From: Welwitschia mirabilis | Taxonomy: Eukaryota | Direction of reading: 5' to 3' | Length of the DNA: 64,000 nucleotides | Assembly (NCBI GenBank): GCA_051453625.1 | Contig: JBOZIK010000001.1 | Coordinates: 43,416,308 to 43,480,307, forward strand | Shown: one piece after another, positions 25,872 to 39,235 of the stretch | How the letters are laid out: every line of letters starts with the position of its first letter | How positions within the stretch are numbered: the stretch's first letter is position 1 | Translations under genes and position numbers: made by a program | The notes under the pieces: model-generated | Database searches by the model: none | The model's input: the letters and a program-made list of their open reading frames with translations, nothing else | Told to the model about the DNA's origin: nothing

Positions 25872-26650
25872 AGGATAATAGTAATAAAACACTCAGGGAA
25901 ATTCTTTCTAAAAAAAGAAAAAAAGAATTTAAGGAGGATGATAAGAAAACACTTAGAGAGATTTCTATAAAAAAAAGAGAGACTAATATAAAAAAATGTT
26001 GAAAGTAGGAATTGGGCCCATTCCTCTTTTTAACCATCTTATTATTCCCCCTTTCCTTGACAAAACCCATATAAGAATAATAATAAAAATTTTAGAGATT
26101 CAACCTCATACAATTATTTTTACCCATCCCATCTATCTCCCATGAACTACTATAAAGAAGAAAATAATCCAATGAAAGAATTGAGGGATACAATAAAAAA
26201 GCACCATGAAAATACCAGTAAACTCATAGAAAACATGGCTAGATTTATACAATAAAATCAAGGATCTCTTCTAATGTAAAATCCTCAAACCTTTTATTCT
26301 ACATCTATTCTTAAGAAAAATGAAAATAACTTAGGAATGAATGATTATGATTATGATTCTTACTTCCAAATTGTGAATAAAATTTTAAATCAAACTTCAT
26401 CATCCTACTCATTAGGAGATGAGAAAATGGAAAACAATGACAATTCAACTATATTTTTTAACAATGAAGATGAGGATGATTATTTGTTAGATGATGATAA
26501 TGAGGTGTTCGAAAATCATTCACTAGATGAAGAATTCATTCATGAGCAATTTAAAAATTCTTTAATCTATGATAGAAATGATGATCACATTTCCCCTTCT
26601 AATGGAAACAACACCATGTAACAAGATAATGAGAATAGTGAAGAAGAAGA
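25872..26650 (+). mobile_element. Inverted paralog of internal segment 23340-24060 (acidic ORF relic, including ORF 26337-26621)
   Basis: Reverse-complement match, e.g. CTACTCATTAGGAGATGA and CAATGACAATTCAACTATATTTTTTAA present in both. Confidence 0.85.
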
Positions 26651-26750
26651 NNNNNNNNNNNNNNNNNNNNNNNNNNNNNNNNNNNNNNNNNNNNNNNNNN
26701 NNNNNNNNNNNNNNNNNNNNNNNNNNNNNNNNNNNNNNNNNNNNNNNNNN

Positions 26751-28115
26751 CACCTAATCATTTAGACGTAACAGGACAGAAACTAATTTATTATAGAAAA
26801 ATAAAAATCTCAAAAAAAAATTAAAATTAAAAAGTGCACAATGTCATCCTCTTTTGTCATGAGGACAATAGAGGAGATGACCATAAATTTTTACAGAAAA
26901 TTAAAACTGAAAAATTGAAAAACTATAGCTCCTAATAAAATACAACGTTGCATAGAAAAATAACTAAATAAAGGTCTGATATAATCACCTAAATGATGAA
27001 AACCCTTGTACTCTTTAATAGCCTTCCCCAACAATGGCACCAAGCTGTTGCAATGTGTATTTGTGCAAGTTTTTACATTTAAAGAAATCCTATCATTTAT
27101 AACTAAAATAGATATCTTACATAATATAGCACACTAGTATGAGTGGAAGTAGAATCAAAATGTTGTATTCACATTGAAGACTATGAGATGATACTTAATT
27201 TGCTTTGCAAAATGAAATAAGAATAAGAAATAAATAGCAATGCAAGGAAATAAAGTGATGTAATGCAAATTTAAAATGCAACTAATCTAGATAAATGCAA
27301 AATGAACTTATACTACTTTCTTTTAGCCTTAATAAAGGTTGCCCTTGATAACATCCAAGAAATTGTTACTAGATCAAGGGCAATATATACTATAAGGATC
27401 ATCAAAAAAACTAACATGTAATTATAAAAATAAAATAAATTTTATATTAAGAATGAGTGGTAATCATCTTGTTTACAAAATAGTCGAATCTTAATGGAGG
27501 ATACATAGCCCTTTACCAAGTTCATATCTTTCTACAATGCTCAAGATGGATCTCTTATCCTTTAATCTCTTATCATGAGGATTTCCAGTGTAATGAAGAT
27601 GAGAATGAAAGTCAAAGGATGGTTTATTTATAATAACTCATAGTAGAAAAGGATAAATGGTAGGTACGATTAGGTGTGCTCATAAATGAAATAGATGAAA
27701 TGGTCAAAGGTCATTGTCAAAGTTGGTTATATATTAGTATCATTCAAATAATAGTTTGAACAACAATAAGGATGACAATACATTACAAATAATGACTTAG
27801 AATGATGACTTAGCAATGATTCAACAATCCATATTAGTAGTCATTGTCCTTCCTGTTGTGGGGATGACATAGGAAAGAATTGTCTTCTTTAATCATTTTT
27901 TTGAAAAGAACTTAGTATTTTTATCCATAATCCTTATTTATATCTCTTTGCATCAAAAAGTTCCTCTAATACATCAAATTTGAATAAGAATTCCAAATTT
28001 CTGAGATTTCTTCATGTATCTCCAAAATCCTCATAATTGCACCTAAACATGTATAAAAGTCCTACAAAATAACTCATAAAACCCCATCAAATAATTAAAA
28101 ATTGGTAGTGAAATA
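26751..28115 (-). mobile_element. Athila-like 5' LTR 27046-28115 with PBS ~27025-27042 and leader
   Basis: TCCCCAACAATGGCACCA then TGTTGCAATG. Confidence 0.85.
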
Positions 28116-29897
28116 GATATGTTATTTAATCTTTTTGGTTAAGGTCGACATGGTACAAAAATTAAACTCTGCATAAATAAAAGTGAAAATTTCAGGAAAT
28201 TCAAAATCTTGTGTACCTTCACTCTTTTACTTGTTTCTATTTCAAAATTTATCAAACCTTCTTTGATATTTTTAGTAATTAACAACCACTTTATCTAATA
28301 TGTTTCTTTTTACCAAATTTATCCATTCATGATCAGTCTTACATTTGTAAAAGTATTGTCCCTATAATTATCTAGATGATATCTTAGATGATAGAAAGAT
28401 AAAAACCACAAGAAAAGAAAAAGCAAAAAACAGAAATAAAAAACTAACTCTTGACAAGAAAACTCACAAAATAGACTATCATCCACCTGAGTTATCTAGA
28501 CGATAGAGGGAACAATGGGCTAAAACCCTAAAAATTTAACAAAAAAACTAAAGTATAAAACTCACATCATAGAGACCATTATTTTTGCACATCATTTGGA
28601 TGATGAAGCAAGTGACAAACATTTATTATAGAACCAAAAAGCAGATTTTGATTCAAAAAATAGAAAACTAACTCTGCAAAAATGGAATATCTATGCTACT
28701 GTAGGTACTGTTCCACCATTGGTACAATAAGCACCTAAATCAAAACACTTACCAAAGTAACAAAAACTATTAAACTTCAAGTAGCCTTCCCCAGTAATGG
28801 CGGCAAGATATTGTAGTCCATATTTATGCAACGTTTACATCTTGAGTATAATCCTATTAATCATAAATAATAATTTATAAACACAACACACTAATATAGA
28901 TGGGCGTGATCCAAATGTCGTAATCTATCAAAGGCCAAAATATGAAAATAAGAGAGTTACTTTCAAGAGAGATAAACTATAATCTAATCTATAGAAATAA
29001 CTTACAATGCATAAAAGTGAAATGAAATACACTGGTATAAGGCTAATCTAAGAAAAGAAAATAATAATGCACTTAAACTATCCAACCACAACCTTGATAA
29101 AGGTTATGCTCATAACCAATATCACAAGAGAAATTGTCACTGGATCTCAAGCAACATAAGCTATGAAGGAGAATATCATTCATGCATTGAAGAACAAAAA
29201 AAATGTTTTATATTAGAAATCACACCGCATGTGTGTTATAAAGTAGTTATACCTGAATGGAGGAAATGCCACTCAACACCAAGGAAATTTCTCTTTGAAA
29301 GTATAAGATGGTTCTCTCACACCTCAATCTCTTATCAGAAGAATGTTAAATGTAAATGAAGAAAAAGAGGAGTCAAGGAGGAGATCTCTATTTATCGACT
29401 CAAAAAATGAAACAATATAGACAGAAAGGCATAAGTAAACCATAATAATTACATAGAAAGAAAATGGAATACAAGTGGTGAAAGTTAGATGAATCATTCA
29501 GTGTAGGCATTATAATAGTATCATTTGGCTAGTTGTCTAGATGATAAAGAAGACGATGCCACTTCATGATCAAATTCACATTAGCTGCTAGTTAGACCTT
29601 AGTCAGCATCTAGTAGGAATAGTTATTCATCCTGTCATCCAAATGATGAGGTGGATGATGGCCTTCAATAAGTCTTCAATTAGTGCATTAGTATTATTAT
29701 TTATAGAAACTTATCAAATAGAAATAGAGATTATTTATATTTGCTCAGAATTCTTGTAATTTATCATGGAGATTTTATATTTCTGTTATTTTCATCCTAT
29801 CTTTCCATTATTACAAAAACCAAGCATTTACCTATTTATTTACCTACAAAACAACTTAGAATACCCTATCAAATATATGTAAGTTGGTAGTACAACA
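28116..29897 (-). mobile_element. Athila-like 5' LTR 28809-29897, PBS ~28788-28805, leader and gag start
   Basis: TCCCCAGTAATGGCGGCA PBS relic; LTR ends GGTAGTACAACA; 28120-28330 homologous to the gag start at 46960-47158. Confidence 0.8.
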
Positions 29898-30324
29898 CTC
29901 TTACATTAAGTAATGATCCTACNNNNNNNNNNNNNNNNNNNNNNNNNNNNNNNNNNNNNNNNNNNNNNNNNNNNNNNNNNNNNNNNNNNNNNNNNNNNNN
30001 NNNNNNNNNNNNNNNNNNNNNNNNNNNNNNNNNNNNNNNNNNNNNNNNNNNNNNNNNNNNNNNNNNNNNNNNNNNNNNNNNNNNNNNNNNNNNNNNNNNN
30101 NNNNNNNNNNNNNNNNNNNNNNNNNNNNNNNNNNNNNNNNNNNNNNNNNNNNNNNNNNNNNNNNNNNNNNNNNNNNNNNNNNNNNNNNNNNNNNNNNNNN
30201 NNNNNNNNNNNNNNNNNNNNNNNNNNNNNNNNNNNNNNNNNNNNNNNNNNNNNNNNNNNNNNNNNNNNNNNNNNNNNNNNNNNNNNNNNNNNNNNNNNNN
30301 NNNNNNNNNNNNNNNNNNNNNNNN

Positions 30325-31010
30325 TTTGCTTTAGCTCTAATACTCCTGGGATTACTTCCTTGAATAGTGGTTGGACTCCAATTCCAACATTCAAGTCATT
30401 CCTTTGATTCTATTTGGTTTATATTAGTTGCACTTGGTGTTTACATAGGCAACACCAACATGTATGTGTAGATATCACTATTATGTTACTTGAGTTTTAC
30501 AACCATAGATCAAAATTTAATTGGATAGTTAAAATCCACTCCAAATCACTCTTATAAACATAATTTCTCCTTGATCATCTGTTTTTATGTATGCTACAAT
30601 ACTAAAGTTTCTATCTTTAGAGCATAACATACATACTACTCCTCATTGGGTTACACATCCTCAAATGAGGGCTTCATTCATGGAGGCCTCTAATCATGTC
30701 TTTAATGAAGGTGACTCTTACTCTTTAGGGGTATGGATACTTATGTCTTAAAGGTACTTGGCTAAGGTCATCAAGTGTGTCTATGCAGGGGTACCCTCTA
30801 GTGTTGGAATATTATACCTAAGAAGGATTAGTTATTAATAGGTACAAGTGTACAAGGATCTATAGTGATTTTACCTTTTAGTATTGCTCTCAATCTCTAT
30901 CATATGAATGAAGACAAATATATCTCGTACCCTACTTTGAATGTAACTATAATTTGTAGATATGCCATCATGCAATGGTTATTATGAAATGTAGAAATAA
31001 TGTTATGTAT
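30325..31010 (-). pseudogene. Possible Mutator/MuDR-like transposase N-terminal relic
   Basis: DLNVGI...FKEVI-QEY-like stretch beside the gap resembles the MuDR 'L.VGM.F....FKEAIREY' motif; heavily decayed. Confidence 0.3.
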
Positions 31011-33399
31011 TAGTCTTTGATAAAGTACTCTATATGCAAGTAGCAACTGAGTCATTAGTACTTTTATACATTCTTCTAGTGCATCTTGTGGAATGTCTAA
31101 TAAAGAATAATATGCTTATCCATTCTATTATACATTATGGAGTGGATGTAACTGGTACTTATACCTCTCAGTCTTATCACCTGACTGATATATCCTAGTA
31201 AGATGACCACCTAGTAATCCTAGATTACTATTATGATTGTACCAGTCCTATGTCCATATGCGTCTATGTAGACCTCAATGTGCATGCTGCTATAGAATTA
31301 CTGGATCTTCCTAAAATAATATAATCCTTGAACATTAAAGATCCATCTCAACTAAAAATTAGTGAGAAAATAGTTTATCTTTAAATTTTTCATTTATATG
31401 TAATCCCTAAAATATCTCTCTAGCCTTATAGTTGTAGATGATATGAACTTGGCATGGATCTAATGATGGGTTGGTAGAGGATGTTCCATTACAAGCTCTT
31501 ATAATGCTCTAAATTTGGCCTATGCCCTAAAATCTACCTATGAAAATGCCTTAGTTACTAGCTTCTCTTGATGCATTCCCATGTTCATGGATTATTAAGA
31601 AATAAATTTATATTTAGAACATCCTAAAATTATCATGTATATATGGTCATAGCTATGCCTCAAAACATGAAAAATATAGCCTTTAAATCAAAACATTTTA
31701 TCCAAAATATGTTAAGTTTCATTTTAGTCCTAATAATGTAAATCAATTTGTCCCTAGATTACATGAAATGTCAACGAGAAATGAGAGAGTAATTTAAAAA
31801 TGTAATATTAGTCCTAAACTTTAAATGAAAATTTTGAGATCTAGAATGAAAATTCATGATAGTAAAATGATAGAATTAATTATGCTATTTATTTTAACTA
31901 TATATATACTAAATTTTATTAGAGAATGAAATCAAACATGAATTTAAAAGTGATAAATCCCAATTTTCAAAGTTCTAGTATAAAATTACTGATATATTAA
32001 AAAATGCTTAGTGAAATCACGAATCACAAGAACCAAAATAATAAAAAGTGAAAAATAAATACTACCATGTAGAAATAAAGTCTAAAAAGATCTAAAAATA
32101 AGAGAAATAAGTAAAAGTTTGAAAAAATATAAAAGTACCTCATTCTAGTAGAAATTGAATGAATTTAAATCTTAGGAGGATAGATCTAGAGTGAAATTAA
32201 TCCTTACACATTAGTGGTTGATAAAGGAATAGGTATGTAGCTAAAAAAAGTGAAATGGTTAATAAAAAAGTGAAAAAAGGATAAAATGAAGGCTAGAACA
32301 TGAAACTTTATAGTGTCATTTAGCATGTCATCTAGCTGATAGCCATAGGATGACACTTAGTGGAATAAAATTTTATTTTACACTATAAATAATTATTATT
32401 TATCTTTTTATCTAAATGATATCATGTGAATGAAAATATAAAATTTAGTAATTAGAAATAAAATATAACTAAAGAGACCAAATTTAAAACTATAGAGTGG
32501 TAACATAATAGTAAGACATTAGGATAACCAATGACTTAGGACATATGTGATTAAAAATGATAAAAGTATTATTATCCTTCCTATCATTCAGTGAATAACA
32601 AGATAAATGAAATCCAAGAGTTATATAGTTATAAATTCAGAGGTAAAAGGATTAAGTTAAGTCAATGAGATGTAATAAGAACCAATAAGAGACTATCATC
32701 TATATTGTAAATTAGAAGGTGACAAAATTCTTAGCATTAATAAAATGTAAAATTTTGATCAAGGGTCCAAATGTGTGTAAAAAATGGATCAAAATGTTTT
32801 CTTGTAAAATGCTTTTTAGGTTGAGAGAATTAATAAGGCAATGATAACATGGTTGAAATACATGCTAAAAGTATCATATCATGTTAAAAAGGTTCAATGG
32901 AAGAGTTATTAAAGAATAACTTAAGTCATGAAAAAATATAATAGGAAGCTAGTAAGGAATAATAAAATGATTAAGAAAATTATCATTTCACATAAATAAT
33001 AAAGAATTCTTAAGAAGAAGGTTAGAATATGATACAGTTCTCACCATTGCTTATAAAAACAAAAAGTGAATGTTTTAAAAAGATTAATTAATAATAAAGA
33101 ATGCTAAGAAATAAAAATGAATAGCATGAAATGATAATAAGATTAATTAACTTGTCATAAATTTTAATCTAATAAGATTTTTTTACTAAAAATAATAAAG
33201 TTGCTTGATCAAAAGATGCATGACTTAATGTAAGGATACCATGCTTTACCATTTAATAATACAATAAAGGAGCTAATATTCAATCATTATTTGGAAAGTA
33301 TCAACTAATTTTTAAACTATAATTTGATTCATATTTAGTTGTAATAATCATAGTACTTTTGATGAAGCATCATTTAATAATTAATATATGATAATTCTT

Positions 33400-33910
33400 A
33401 TGAGGGTTTTGCCTTGAAGTGATGAAAAATCAAGTTAATAAGATATCAAAAACCATTATTAATCATGATGATATCAGTGCAACCACTATCGAGAAAGTAA
33501 GAATTTGCAATCAAATCTAGGTTATGATCAATTTATCCTCTATTAAAGTTCCCATAGCTACCATATTACACTATTAAATGCCTCTCTTGGAAAAATTTTC
33601 CTTAGTGTTCTTCTAGTGGGACTTCATGGTATAAGATGTAGGAGGGTCAAAATTTTATGTTATTTTTCCCTGTTTACTTTGTTTTTATTTTTTTATAAAC
33701 TTAGTTTTCCATTTTTAAAAGTATTAATTAATTATTATAAAGATGAAATAACAAAGTACATGATTATTAATACTCATCTACTTAACATAATTTATCTATA
33801 AATAAATTAGTTAAGGATATTTGTGTTATAGACATAATAATATATTAAATTAAATGAATCCAATTTTTATACTTTAATGTCCAAAGTAAAAGATTACTTA
33901 GCCATGGATA
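33400..33910 (-). mobile_element. Athila-like 3' non-coding fragment
   Basis: AGTGCAACCACTATC...CATAGCTACCATATTACACT block; collinear with 50155-50605. Confidence 0.75.
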
Positions 33911-33919
33911 TTATTTTGC

Positions 33920-35110
33920 TTCAATGTAACCCTTATCACTCAAGAGACTCTTTTGCCTATCTTCATTTACTCTCTTTTACATTTCTTCGTTCTTCATATT
34001 CCTTTTATCTTCCTTCATATTCTCTTCCATATTCTTTTCATCTTATCCCATTTTCCCCTTTTTCCATTATCATTTTCTTCATTTTACATCTTTTCTTAGC
34101 CTTCTTCAATCTCAAGGATGCTAGAATTTCATGCTCTTCATGACTTATATTCCATGCCTAGGGTGTGGACATTATGATTCTTCCATGCCTAAGTCATGAA
34201 AATTTTGACCGTTTTTAGCCTTTTCTTCTTTGCCAAGATCTCTAGAACTTTCTAGAATCCTAATATTCCTAAGATCTTAGTAATTTTAAGTCTTAGGTAG
34301 GCACATCAAACATCTTAGGTTCTAGACAAATGGCCTTCCACATCAAGTGACAGGATGATCTATAGAATTAGCATCTAAGATAAGTCCTCTTTGACCCATC
34401 TTTTCTTTTTATTTCTTTTCATCTCTATCCTCCCTTTTTGTTTCTCTTCCTTCTTCCTTCTTTCTCCTTCTCACTCTTTTCTTCTTTCCCTCTTATTTTT
34501 CCTTTTGTTTTCTCTTTTCATTCTTCCATCTATTCTTTACTTTTCGTCTCTTCTTTTTCCTCTTTTACTCATTGTCCTCCATCTTCTTTTCTCTTCCCCT
34601 ACTCCTCTACCTTTTTTTCTCTTTCTCTCCTTCTTCTTTTTTTCTTTTTTTTTTACTTTATTATCCTGATTTCCTTTTCATTTTCTCTCTTCATTCCCTT
34701 TTTTGTTTCCTTCTCTTACATTACTTACTACTCTTTACAACACCTATATCCCTTATAATTCCACATCTTAGATGTGTAATCTAATTATCTACAACACCCA
34801 AGGCATGGGAATTTAGTATTCCATTCTTAGAGATAAAATATTTCTAATCATTAGCTTATTAATTAATCCTAGAACCCCTTTAAAATTAGTTTTTCTGACT
34901 TCCCGCATCCTCCATAACATTATGATAGATAGGAAACCCTTCTCAATGATTCCCTTTTTTATACTTAGTTTACACCTCTTATTTTTTTTTACATTTCCCT
35001 TACCTTCCTGTCCTTTCTTTCTTTTCATACCTTTCTTACTCATTTTTGTCATCTTTGTATACTTCTAACACCCTTTTAATCCCTCTTATTTCCTTCATTT
35101 AGTAGAATTC
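33920..35110. repeat. Pyrimidine-rich (CT/CTT) low-complexity tract
   Basis: Almost purely C/T on + at 34395-34730 and 34950-35100; accounts for the F/L/S-rich spurious ORFs. Confidence 0.8.
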
Positions 35111-36020
35111 CATTTGCAAGGCATGGAATTTTCCTAAATTTGACATGTAAAGTGTGGAATCTATTTTTCTTTCATAACTAGGGCATGAAAATCTTCCTTT
35201 CCATGCATACATTTAAATCTAGGTAGACTATTGACTCCTCCTCTAGCCTCAAAAATCCTCAAAAATGCCTTTTAACTCTTATATTATTTTTCTACTTCTT
35301 AATAGTTAGGAAATTCTTCTTCACTACTTACCCTCCAGAGTTGTATCTTTCAACCATTACTATCAATTTATCATTTCCTTAGCATCAATCTTTAAGGCTT
35401 TTATTAGTAGTAATTTATTGATTTAAATTTAGAAAAGCCTTAAGATTGCATCAAACCCTTAGAATACATGAAAGTGAAGTGAGTCTACCCATGATATTAC
35501 ACCACAATGTGTGTACTAGTCTAATGCGTAGTTAGGAGATCACTATTCTAATGGAATGATTCTTTATGATATCATAAGATATGGTGCCAATAATGATCAA
35601 CATATCTATGACTCAAATCATGTAAATTACTATCTAAATGTTAACAACTACCACCTTGATTACTACTACAATGGTCATGATCATGATCCATTTGATAACT
35701 ATAGCTTGTAGTTTACATGTAAAACTTGACATTTTAAGAAAGTATATCGGATCCATTTTGTATAGGAAAAGATAATTTATTCATTAATTTATCATAAAAT
35801 AATATACTTTATAATTTTTATCATGTTTTCAGGAAATCATAAGCTTTCTATTAACATGAGTACATTTATTACTGCATTCTAGACAACACTGCAAAACTTA
35901 AAGGTAATCCAACAAAGAACACTTGTACCATTGTAAGAACTACTAGTGTTACAAGCCTTCTAATGAAAAATTGGTTCAAACTTATATTTCTATATTCACT
36001 GGGAAAATTCATCACATTTA

Positions 36021-36126
36021 AATTATGAAATAATTAAAATGTGATTTTTGCTATCTTTAATTATGAAATAGTTAAAATGTAATTTTTGCTATCTTAATTA
36101 TGAAATAATTAAAATGTGATTTTTGC
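36021..36126 (+). repeat. Tandem repeat, ~38-bp unit x ~2.8
   Basis: AATTATGAAATAATTAAAATGTGATTTTTGCTATCTT(T) at 36021, 36059 and 36096. Confidence 0.95.
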
Positions 36127-38498
36127 AGTGAAATGTGGTGCAATAAGGATGATCATGTAAAAGATACATTATATGGCATCCTCTAGTAGCATCATCAGAA
36201 ATCAAAGGATATGTCATTATTATGCTTGCATAATAATACAAATAATCTTTCCTTCTAGCTACATGCCAAAAACATATAACTTCCTCCTTAAGTAACTTCC
36301 CAAATATAATACCTCTTTTGTAATTGACCACCTAGTGCACCATGATAACATCTAACATAATTATAATAGATTTTTCTAACTTTTCCTTCATCTATAAAAT
36401 GGTTTTGAAAACCCATCATAAACATTTTTTAATCAGGTTAATGTGGGAAAGACTTAGAGGCTAGGATGTAATGGTGTTCTAGTCATCTTTCTTAAGGTTA
36501 AAATAATTCATGGTTAATTTTGAAATTCCTCTTCTTTAGCCTACCACATTACATGTGATGTATATTTGTTTTATATTTTAATATAATAATTGATTTAAAT
36601 CCTTTCATTGTTAATTTACAAGTCATTTAGTATTAACAATATTCCGGTAAGACTAGTTCTTACATTTTTTTAATTATTAATATGTAGAAATAGGTATTAG
36701 CAATCTTTAAGTAAGCTTACTTAATTTTTAAGTTATTTCATACCAAGTGAGTTATTTAAGTTTACTTCAAATCTACTATAGTTACTATTATTTAATAAAT
36801 CTTATGTACATTTGTTTATACTTTTTGTACTTATAAAGGGCTATGAAGAATTAGTTGAACTAGATAACTCATCAACACTAATGTAGTGGATGAGATTACA
36901 CCTTCATATTGATCCTTAATTATTGATAATTTCGTTTATATTTTAGGATATAGGAATCATTATAGAAAAGGTATAGATTTGGATGAATTGATTAGATCCT
37001 TGAAGTACTTTCGTTCTCTTGCATTGCCAATAAGACATAATTTCTTTCTCAAGTTTTGATTTTTATTTTATTTTAAGTTTCTTTTACAAGTTGTAATAAT
37101 CTTGTATCTTTTAATTATACTACCACATATTTCCCTATGGAATAATAATATTAGGTTAATACCTAGTTAACTCTAGTTTACTACTATACATGAATAGATT
37201 ATGATGCCATTGCTGACAATATTAGGATGGTTTCTTTTTAAGAATTCATGATTTTCTTCTTGTAATTTTTTAGTTAATTTTTATTTTCTAATAGTTGGTA
37301 TTGGTTATATTTCTAGTAATATGGGATCTAGTCCTTTTTGTTTTTATTTTTAAGTATTTTTATTTCCTTCTAGTGGTGGATACTGATTTATTTTTAGTAA
37401 AACCTAAACTGATCTACTTTCTAAGTCTTGTTTAATTTTTTCTTTTATTCTAAAAAGATGTTTCTGAATCTAATATTTCATTTTGTAGGTATAATGAGTT
37501 TCCTAAAGGTATAATCAAAACTAAGATTGAAAAAATAAAAGAAACTATATTTTAAACTCTTATGTTTTTGCTTGTGTATTTTATATTTTTGGATTAGTAT
37601 AAAATTATGTAAATATTTTAGTTTTAATTTAATCTCTAATTCTTTTAAAGTATTAATAAAATTAAAAAATAGGTAGCATTCATTTTCTTAGGTTGTAAAT
37701 ATTTATTAGTTATAATTGATATGTATTTCTATTAAATTCTTCTTAGACCCTATAACCTGAACCGCTCAAAACCAACATCTATCCTTTTTTAAATGTTTCT
37801 ACTTAGAATAATGACACTGCAATTTATGCTCATTAGTATTTCTATATTTCTTACTTTAAACATTATAAAATGTTAATATAACCTCTTAGAAACTATCTAA
37901 ACATTTTCTACTTATAAGATTCCTCTAAAATTGTAAAAATTTAGGAAAGTGTGAACCTTTAGTTGAACTCATAACATATTTATCTAAAATTTAAAAATGA
38001 GATAAACTCCTAACTTGTTTTAATACCTTATAAAAATAACTTGGGTATCCATACATCTTTTAAAATCACGATTAATCCAAAGTAATTATAAAAGGTTTTA
38101 ATTGCTTTAAACAAACTTAAGAAGACTATTTTTCATGTAACTTGTAATGATTGTAACTCCTAAATCCTTTTGATCATAGATAGATAATGAGAGAGTATAT
38201 TTCATCCCATATATATATATATATAGATTAACATCCATGTACTGTTGAATTTGAAACTCCACATATTAAATAATAGAATTTTGATATCACACCTTTCTTT
38301 ACCCCTCATGATCTTTATCCTTTTTTGCACTCTCATATTTATCATCCTTTTTTCTTTGTCCTTCATCTTCCTTTCTATATCCTTCATTCCTTGACCATTT
38401 TCCTTCATCTTTTTACACCCAATAAAACACCTTACCTTTCTTCAAAGATACTTTTCAAATACTTTTAGAAGATTCTACTAAATAATCTTCCAACATAC

Positions 38499-38588
38499 TT
38501 CAATTCCATTTGCAATCTTTAAAAGAAACCATCAATAAAACTATTCAATTCCATTTGCAATCTTTAAAAGAAACCATCAATAAAACTA
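38499..38588 (+). repeat. Perfect 45-bp direct tandem duplication
   Basis: TTCAATTCCATTTGCAATCTTTAAAAGAAACCATCAATAAAACTA x2. Confidence 0.95.
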
Positions 38589-38739
38589 AGGAAAACATTA
38601 AAGAATCCTTAAATAAATAATAAAAACTAATGATCAAATTCTTATAGCTCTCAATTAATAATAAAATTCTATAAATGTAAGAGCCTTTAAAATCTTAAAT
38701 GGATTAATATAACTAGAATAGATAACACCTAAACTATAT

Positions 38740-39205
38740 CCCTTAGAATTAAGGAAGAAAACCTTGAAGCAAATCATGACAAAACCTATGAAGAAAGAAA
38801 ACAATATCTTAAGTTTAAAAATTCCTTAAAGAGTGATTAATTAGATGAAAATATGATATACTTTAGAGTATTATTAGACATATCTAATACTAATTAATTT
38901 ATAACAAGTGAGTAAACATTCAACAAAGAAAGAAAATTAGAGAACTACACAAAAGATGGTGAATCAATATTTGGAATTAATAAAATAGATAACATTAGAA
39001 ATGTATGTATCTTTAAATCATAACTTTTGTTATTATTTTAATGCACACCTATACATTCAATTCCAATATTCTAAATATTAATTTTGACTTTCAACACCTA
39101 AAAGGCTGATAATCTAATTGCATACAATACACAATTGCATAATTGGATCAACCAAAATGTCATACACTCAGAGAAGACTTCTAAAAGAGAATTTAAGAAA
39201 CTAAT
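38740..39205 (+). pseudogene. Possible endogenous Caulimoviridae movement-protein relic
   Basis: Decayed frame LDENMIYFRVLLDISNTN*FITSE*TFNKERKLENYTKDGESIFGINKIDNIRN and NSNILNINFDFQHLKG..CIQYTI; resemblance judged by eye only. Confidence 0.35.
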
Positions 39206-39235
39206 TTTAAAAAGTAAAGAAGAATATATTTTTGA

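Noticed and set aside
26337..26621. Acidic 94-aa host gene
   Set aside because: Its inverted paralog inside an LTR element (23340-23650) is frameshifted; TE-internal relic
34391..34784. Hydrophobic F/L/S-rich ORFs in all three + frames that look like membrane proteins
   Set aside because: Product of a CT-rich low-complexity tract lacking stop codons
36021..36126. CRISPR-like array
   Set aside because: Units are contiguous with no unique spacers; eukaryotic TE context and no cas genes
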